The position numbers and the translations under genes were made by a program. The notes under the pieces are model-generated. The model ran no database searches. It worked only from the letters and a program-made list of their open reading frames with translations, and was not told the origin of the DNA. DNA of 56,456 nt from Tricharina praecox (Eukaryota), in assembly GCF_024521635.1 (NCBI RefSeq), contig NW_026250461.1:1-56456 (forward strand), in the 5' to 3' direction. Of the stretch, positions 49,596-56,456 are shown piece by piece (position 1 is the first letter of the stretch; each line of letters begins with the position of its first letter).

Positions 49596-51171
49596 CTATT
49601 TTCGATCCTCACATCGATCTTGCTGACTATCCACGAAAACACGAATACCGTCGACAGCGCAGTGAAGATGACGAATGGCTTCCGGAAGCCAGCGGTCTTG
49701 GGCAGATGGTAGGTCACGATCAGCTCCTTGTGGTGCTGCTCGTCAACTACGTTGGAAAAGCGCAACTTGAAGGCGGTGCGGCCAATAGTGTCCATGAACG
49801 TCTTGTGGAGGAAGTGCTCCTCTCCAATGATGGGGATGGGGGATGAGTATTTGACGTCGCTGGAACGGTGTTAGATATGGGTTGGGGTTGATAGGTGTGG
49901 GTTGGTGACTTACGTGGCACCTTCGGGCAAGATCACCCTAATCTCGACATCGCCGTAGACGACGGGCTCCTTAGGCCCCTCCAACAGCGGAACCCTGAGC
50001 ACGAAATCCTCGCCATTGGGCTTCGCCCGGACGAACTCCCTCAGATCGTGGTTTCCACCCAAGGGTGAAGGTGTAGTTCCAACCACCAAACACCGGATAC
50101 CTCGGCTTGATCTCCAGATGCGACTCGCGCATGTTGCTGCGGAAGCGGGAAGTCGAAACATTTCCAATCTCATCGGTGAAGTAAGGGCCGATCGAGCCCA
50201 CCTTCAAGTTGTAAGTGAGGGCCTTGATCGCAGACGTCGGGGGACCGTAGTAGCTGGCCGCCGCCCACTTGACACGCGAGAACTGGTTCTTAAGCTTCGC
50301 CGCGGCATTGGTCATGACGTATTTCTCCTCGAAAGCGATGTTGCCGCCCCAATGGGAGACCTCGATATCGCGCGTGAGCTTCTCCATCACGATGACGGGA
50401 TGCGTGTACTCGTATCTGATCTTAACGGTCTTTCCGGCGCCGCTCGACGGCTTCACGTCCTCGTAGGGACCGTACGTGAACGCTGAGCCGACCTTGGTGG
50501 GATCGGAGGTGCCGTCGGATTTCGCGGTGAGCTTGGTGAACTCGGGCGCTTCATTGTTGGGCAGCTTCAGCTTCGTCTTTTGCTTGTCGGTGACGTACGC
50601 GCTCGCCACGTATTGCGTGCCGGTCCACTGGAGGAACTGCTTCTCGACCTGCTCGATCTCGGCGGGAATGGGCTCGACGACGGTAGTCTTGCCGATAGCC
50701 ACTTGGAGGGTGATCTGGTTTCCGGGCGCGAGAGGTTCGGTCAAGAGAATGCGGTAGTATTGTGTCGGACTGTGCAGGTCTCCACATCAGTTCCAACTCC
50801 ACACCCACAAACCCCCAAAAAGAAAGGGCAAACTCCAGTCCGTAGCGCACCTTTGAGGATCGAACTCCACCTCATCGACCTTAAACTCTCCGAAGGGGGC
50901 CTTCTTGTCCCCGGCCTCGAAGAAGCTGACTTTCGTCACCTCGTCGGCCGCAAACGGCATATAATACTCGGTCTGCCCCTCTTCGAGACATTCTCGACGA
51001 TAACGGAAATGACTTCCTTCGAGTACGGTTTCGTCAGATCTATCGAGCGCAGTAGATTGATATTTCTGAAGACGGGCGCGGGCGCGAACGAGGGCAGGCA
51101 GGGATGAGCTTCGCATTGACGGTGGTGAGGACCGAGGAGAGGAGGAGCAGGGCTCCCGTGAAGGAACGCAT
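49596..51171 (-). CDS. OST1: Oligosaccharyltransferase alpha subunit (ribophorin I), with four apparent frameshifts as assembled
   Basis: Signal peptide, LLRSIDL.K.Y, IEVSHWGGNIAFEE, YFTDEIGNVSTS, PRYPVFGGWNY.F..GW, VILPEGA, KTFMDTIGR and a C-terminal transmembrane helix. Introns ~50770-50850 and ~49860-49913. Confidence 0.9.
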
Positions 51172-52727
51172 TTTCGCAGGCCGGGTGGGGGATGTGCTGT
51201 GGCCGAGCGGAAGAATTGAGGTAGGATCTTTGGTTTGGAGAAGGCGGGTCACGCAGCAAACAGCTCGAAGTTCACGAAACTACCCTGGGAACTGCTTTGG
51301 GTTACGTGTTGTCTTGACGAACCCTGGCGGGGCCGCGAATGACTTGCATGCTGGCGCTAGCGAGTCTCCGAGCCGCGAGAGAGCATGGTATGTCCACTCG
51401 GCGAGCCAGCCTGGGTGTTAAGCTTGAGCTTGAGCTTGAGCTTGACCCACGAGTTGAGGTTGGTATTGGGTGGATAAACTCCGCAAGAAAAGTCCTCTAG
51501 AAATAGCTTGATATAAATGGATAGCTATTACCTCCAGGCCACATCGATCCAGGGTCTTCCACTGGCATGCTAGGGCCAACAGTCAGCTTGTAGCTGCGGT
51601 TGGTGTCGGAATAGAGGGATTGAAAAGGGTCCAGTGGGCACCTATGTACTCGGTGAAAGGACCGAATGGATTGCATGAGCAGCCAGGTCGTATACACAGA
51701 GCAAGGACTCCCGTGGACCACCAAGCAGAGGGACGGGAGTTGACGGGGAAGTCTAGGTATTGGAATCCTATGGATCTCCCCGGTGCAAGATGTGAAGTAT
51801 CCAAACGCAATTAGAACTCGACCCACCCAACGGCGAGTACTAGGAAAACATCCGTGTGGTGACCACACGGTGTGTGGTCATTAGGCCAGCGCCACTTAAT
51901 GTAAAGTCATAAGTATGGCAGGTTCTGCAATACGCGGTATCATCGCTAGAGTGAGCTGGAGCAGGTACAGTAGGTTCAATCTGTAGATCTAGCGGCATCG
52001 TAACTTCTGCGGCATCATTCGAAATACGATCTTGAAACAGAGGCTGAGTATCTGCTTCCACGCCTTGTAGTGTTCTGACTCTTCGTCGTTGCCGTGGGCA
52101 GTCGTTGAACTTCCATCTAAAGAACAGTATTAGGGCCCGTTTGGATGGCCTCAGTTTTTCAGTTCCAGTTTTAGAGCGAAATTCAGTTCCCCGCCGGGAC
52201 ATCGAATACTGCCCAGTTTCAGTTTTCCGGAGAAACTGTGAGGTGAACAGAGTGTTGGGCAGTTCTCAGATTACTCAGCCATAAGTCTAAATAATAGGCT
52301 TCAACACAACTTTAATAGTGGACACATTGTGGCCCCGCTTTTTGTCTTCCCGTAAACCGTAAAGGGAGTTGAAGTTAAAATGCGATACTGAGTGGCGGTA
52401 AAGAAATGAATAAATTCCATTCTATAGAGTCCACGGAGATCTACAAATCTAGCAGTGTAAACGGCAGCGCAGTCTCTCCGCAGTATCGTCGCTAAAGCTC
52501 CTCCACGGCTCTGCTCCAAAATATTAGGGCTGGGCAGTCGCTTCGCTCCAAAATCCGACGGTCGGAAACTTAGGGTTGAGCCACGGAAATCGCCACACCA
52601 CTGCCCTTTATAGGAATAGATACGGGTTAACCCTATCGACCCCGGGTAATACATCCACTGCCCTCCCTCCCATCTACTTCAACCCCCCCACGCCTTCCCC
52701 CCCTCACCACGACCAACACGACAATCC

Positions 52728-53603
52728 ATGGCGACCAACCCGGCCATGGCCCCTCCTCCGACGACGACCAAGCCCGCGAAGGACGACGATGCCGGCACGC
52801 CGGCGACTACAAGCGGCGGCTCCCGTTCTCTCGTCGCCTGCGGCACCACATGCGGAACACCGCGAAACCTGACCGGCGAGCTCGTCCCCTTCGTTATGAG
52901 AAAGCGTCCTTCTCCGCTTTGCCCAACGTTGGGCGCACAGGTTTGATCGGGGTTCGGCGCACGCTCCCATTCCATGAGTTTAGTGACCGCAACTTTAGGG
53001 GCATGATGGAGAGACGTGCACGGTGCGGGGGGCGGCGGGCGGAGCGCCGCGGCCTCGTCATCCGCATCGGCAAAACGCTCGACGCTATCCCCCTCGACAG
53101 CTTGGCCGGCGATACTTCACACCGTCGAACAGGTCTGGATGACTTTTAAGGACGTGGATCAGGCGTGCTACATCGTCTACTACGAACAGGGGAGGAGGAG
53201 ATGGCTGAAGAAATTCTTCAAGATCATGCCAGACGAGGATATGACTGGAATGGTTAACACGCCCCGTCAGGCTCGTCGCATCGAGAGACAGGCGCGCATT
53301 CAAGTTCAGGCCCGCGCCGCTCGGCGTCAGGCTCTTCAAGCGGAGCTCCAGGCCCGCGCTGTGCGCCGTCACGCTCGTCAGGTTGCGATCCAGGGCGTCG
53401 CTCAGCGTCAGGCTCAAGTTCAGGCTCGTCAGCTTAAGACCCAGGCCCAGGTTAAAGTTCAACCCTGGCCCAGGTTAAAGTTCAGACCCAGGTTCCAGTT
53501 CCAGTTCAGGCTCGGGTTCATGTTCTGCTCCAAGCCCCGCGCCGCTCGGCGTGAGGCTAAAGTTCAGGCCCGCGCCGCTCGGGTCAGACCCGGCAGGACT
53601 TGA
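52728..53603 (+). pseudogene. Fragmented hypothetical gene with QAR..RRQA coiled-coil-like repeats
   Basis: Overlapping ORFs in three frames (52728, 52850, 53016) with coding-like composition; no recognised domain. Confidence 0.35.
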
Positions 53604-54115
53604 AGGCGTATATATACTGCGTAATACAATATACCTAGTCGGCAAGGACACAACGACGGATAACCTCTACTGGACTGGACTGGCATGTCGGCTTCTTCGT
53701 AGCTTTTTTCTAGAAAAAAAAGGACGAAAAAAGGGTTCACTTTCACTTTCACTATTTCTAGTTCGTCTATTTCTGGTTCGTCTGTTTTGCTCTATTTGCT
53801 CCGTGATTAGACCGGTTCCCGGTAATATGTAACACACCCAGTTGCACGCACCAGCACGCCCTCTAGGCTCCAGGCTCCGAGAAACCGGAGACCGAAGTCG
53901 GTGGCGGATCGGTACATAGGACAATCGCTTATATACACGCAAAAGGTTAACCCAATCCACCACATCATCCGTAATCCGAGTGCTTCCATGGTCCACGCGC
54001 TGCAGGTAGGTAGCTCAAGTTCATCGAGCAAAGCTCGAACAGGTATTATCAATTACGTTTATACCGTCTACATCGTCATCATGACCATCACCATCATCTT
54101 CCCATCACCTTCCAA

Positions 54116-56423
54116 TCACCTTCCCCTTCCCCTACCCTTCTCCCTCCCCGCATCCACATCCATCGTCCCACCAGCACTCTTCCACACGCCCTCCTCGACC
54201 CTAACGGGGACCTTCCCGCCCCTGAGCGCGGTATCGATGATCCACAGGCCGACCACCCACTCCTCCCTGCTGAGCCGTCCCTTCGCGCCTCGATCCACAA
54301 GCTGCCACACCTCGGCGAGCACACGGTTCTCGAGGCGACTTCGCTGCCACAGTTCACGGACGACATAGTTCTCGATATACTTGTACCCCGGGGAGTTAGA
54401 TGCGAACAAGCCCTCGTAGCGGCGTCTAGCAGCCGCGGGGATGGTGCGTGCCCACGTGTGGTTGAGCACTTCGTTGTGGCGGTGGCGGCGCGGCGGAGGC
54501 TTCGGTGGTGGGGGGGTGGGACTACGCGGTGGGCGCAGGGTCCGCGGGAGGGGGGGAGGGAGCGGCGCCGTTGCGGTGAAGGTTTGTGCGGCGGGCGGGG
54601 GCGGGTGGTTTACGTGGCCCTGGGGGGATGGAGCGCGAGGGCGCAAGGGAGGCGGCGATTGTGGCGGCAGGGCGGGAAGGGATGGGTGGTGGGATGGTGG
54701 GGAGGGAGCGACGACGACGGGGGAGGGGGGCCGGTGGTTTGCGGGTGCTGGTCGGGAGGAAGGGTTTTTTCTGGGGTGGTGGGGGTGGTCGGAGGACGAC
54801 GGTTGTTGCGATGGAGGCGCCAGAGGCGGAGGTTTCGGAGGTTGCCCGCGCAAACGAAGGCGGGTCAATGATCTTCCGTCGCGGCGGAGGAGTTTGGCCG
54901 TCCGACTTGCGTGGAGACGAAATGTGGGCCCTTGCTGCCGCCGTGGGCGCGCTGGAGCCTGAAGACGCTGAGGCCGTTGATGATGTGCGCGCGGGTAGGG
55001 TGGGTCGTAAGTTACTGGTGGAGGGAAGTTTCCGTGGTGGTGGGCGCGCTTTCCGCGGTAGTGGAGGCATCGGAGCCCCTCCTCCTCCGGTATTCTGCGG
55101 CCTCGAAGCGTGAGCTATCGTTGCCGCCGTCAAGGCGCTGGGCCGTCCCGAGTTGTGCGACACCACCGATTCGGTGTGTCTTACTGGGGAAGCGTCTCCT
55201 GTCGCCTTCTTCCTCGTCGGGGGAGGCAGCGGTGATCTTCCGCCCGTCGTTTGTGGAGACGGGAGTGCCGATGTGGGCCTCGATGATGCATGGGCTACCG
55301 TTGCTGCCGCCAGTGCGTCGTTCCGCGCTCCTACACCCGAGATTCCCGAGTCCAGTGATTCCGTCCGCGCGATCGGCGGCTTCTTTGGCGGCGGAGGCTT
55401 GGACTTGATCCGTTCCAAGTCATGCGAAGCGGCCGATTCCGTCCGTGCGATGGGAGACATGTCCACTTTCTTCTTCTTCGGTGGTAGAGGCGCCGGACTC
55501 GACACACCCGCCCCCACCGTGGCTGTCACGGGGGTTGTGCGCGCGGGGTGGGATGGTCGCACGTTGGTGGTTGTCGTGGGGGGTTTACGCCGCGGTCCAC
55601 GAGCCTTCCGTGGTAGTGGAGGCATCGGAGCTCCCCTTGCACCCCCACCGGTAGTCTGCGGGCTCGAAGCATGGGTCCTCGTTGCCGCCGACTCCCTGGA
55701 CTCCGTCCTTGCGATTGTAGGTCGGTCCAGATCTACCCTCTTCCACGGCGCCGGTCCTCCCGCTCCACCGGTAGTCCGCGGACTCGAAGCATGCGCGCGG
55801 GACGCCGCCGTTATCGCGCTGGAACTCTCCGAGTTCCTCGAAGCCACCGAGACCGAGGACGGTTTGGGCGCAACCGGGGGTTTCGGGCTCATGCTCGGGC
55901 TCGGGCTCTGACCAGCACTGGTTGCGACGATTGCGGCAGCCAGGGACGGGCTCTTTGCGGTAGTCTGCTGTTCGAACATCGATTTGAGAGAGGAGATGTC
56001 GTCGAGCGATGAAGAGTCGACTTTTTCCGGACTGCCGGGGCGCTTCCGCGCATGACTCGTCGTTGTCGAGGGTGATAGGGGGGTTTCGTCCGCTTCTCCG
56101 AATAGCTTCAGGCGCTGCCGCACCGCGAGCGCTTCTCCTTCCCCTGCCATGGCCGATGAAGAGGAGCCAGAACGAGAGTGTCGCGATGACCTGGTGTTGG
56201 AGCGCGATGTCCGCTGTTGTTGGCGTTGGTGTTGTTGTTGCTGTTGTTGTGGTGGTGGTGGTTGTCTCCTATCCCCCCGTTCGCGTATAGCTGGTGCTGG
56301 TGGTGGTGCAGGTGCTGGTTGCTTTTTGGCAAAGCTCAGCACTGCCGCGCGGAGAGCTGCAGAGTCCGGGGCCGGCGATGCCGTTGCATTTGCGGCTGGC
56401 TTTGGGGCCGCCCGCTTGTACAT
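54116..56423 (-). CDS. IRS4: IRS4/TAX4-like EH-domain protein with a long P/S/T-rich N-terminus and at least one apparent frameshift
   Basis: C-terminal RRRYEGLFASN...VVRELWQRSRL...LAEVWQLVD....GRLSREEWVVGLWIID..LRG.K.P (EH domain). The 633-aa upstream ORF overlaps it in another frame at 54522-54868. Confidence 0.78.
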
Positions 56424-56456
56424 GTCATTAAAATAGGTATCTAGTGCCGAAGCCGA

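Noticed and set aside
49596..51171. Programmed ribosomal frameshifting in OST1
   Set aside because: Four shifts of mixed sign with no slippery heptamers; indel error or decay is far simpler.

Overview
Eukaryotic DNA from a filamentous ascomycete. Evidence: short GT-AG introns with CTRAC/CTAAC branch points, a Zn2Cys6 factor, an AspE-type septin and a fungal annexin C4. No CRISPR, rRNA or tRNA was seen. About 15 recognisable genes are present: SnoaL-like protein, Ubc6/UBE2J-type E2, HEN1 small-RNA 2'-O-methyltransferase, annexin C4, AspE septin, a C2H2 factor, a UaY/Ppr1-type Zn2Cys6 factor, an Fcr3/RsmA-type bZIP, the AT-1 acetyl-CoA transporter, a CPA2 cation/H+ antiporter, a small orphan membrane protein, a PsuG-PsuK pseudouridine fusion, OST1 and an IRS4-like EH protein. 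There is also a decayed C2H2 gene and a non-autonomous Mutator-like element with ~200-bp TIRs. The most unusual signal is a locally expanded family of small genes whose only recognisable motif is a Nup98/Nup116-type GLEBS (Gle2/Rae1-binding) sequence, with no FG repeats. Three copies lie in a tandem array of 2-3.6 kb units (27.0-35.3 kb) and a fourth, inverted copy is cut by the window start. Several conserved genes at 47-56 kb carry frameshifts but no nonsense codons, which may be assembly error. All family calls come from motif recognition by eye; no database search was run.
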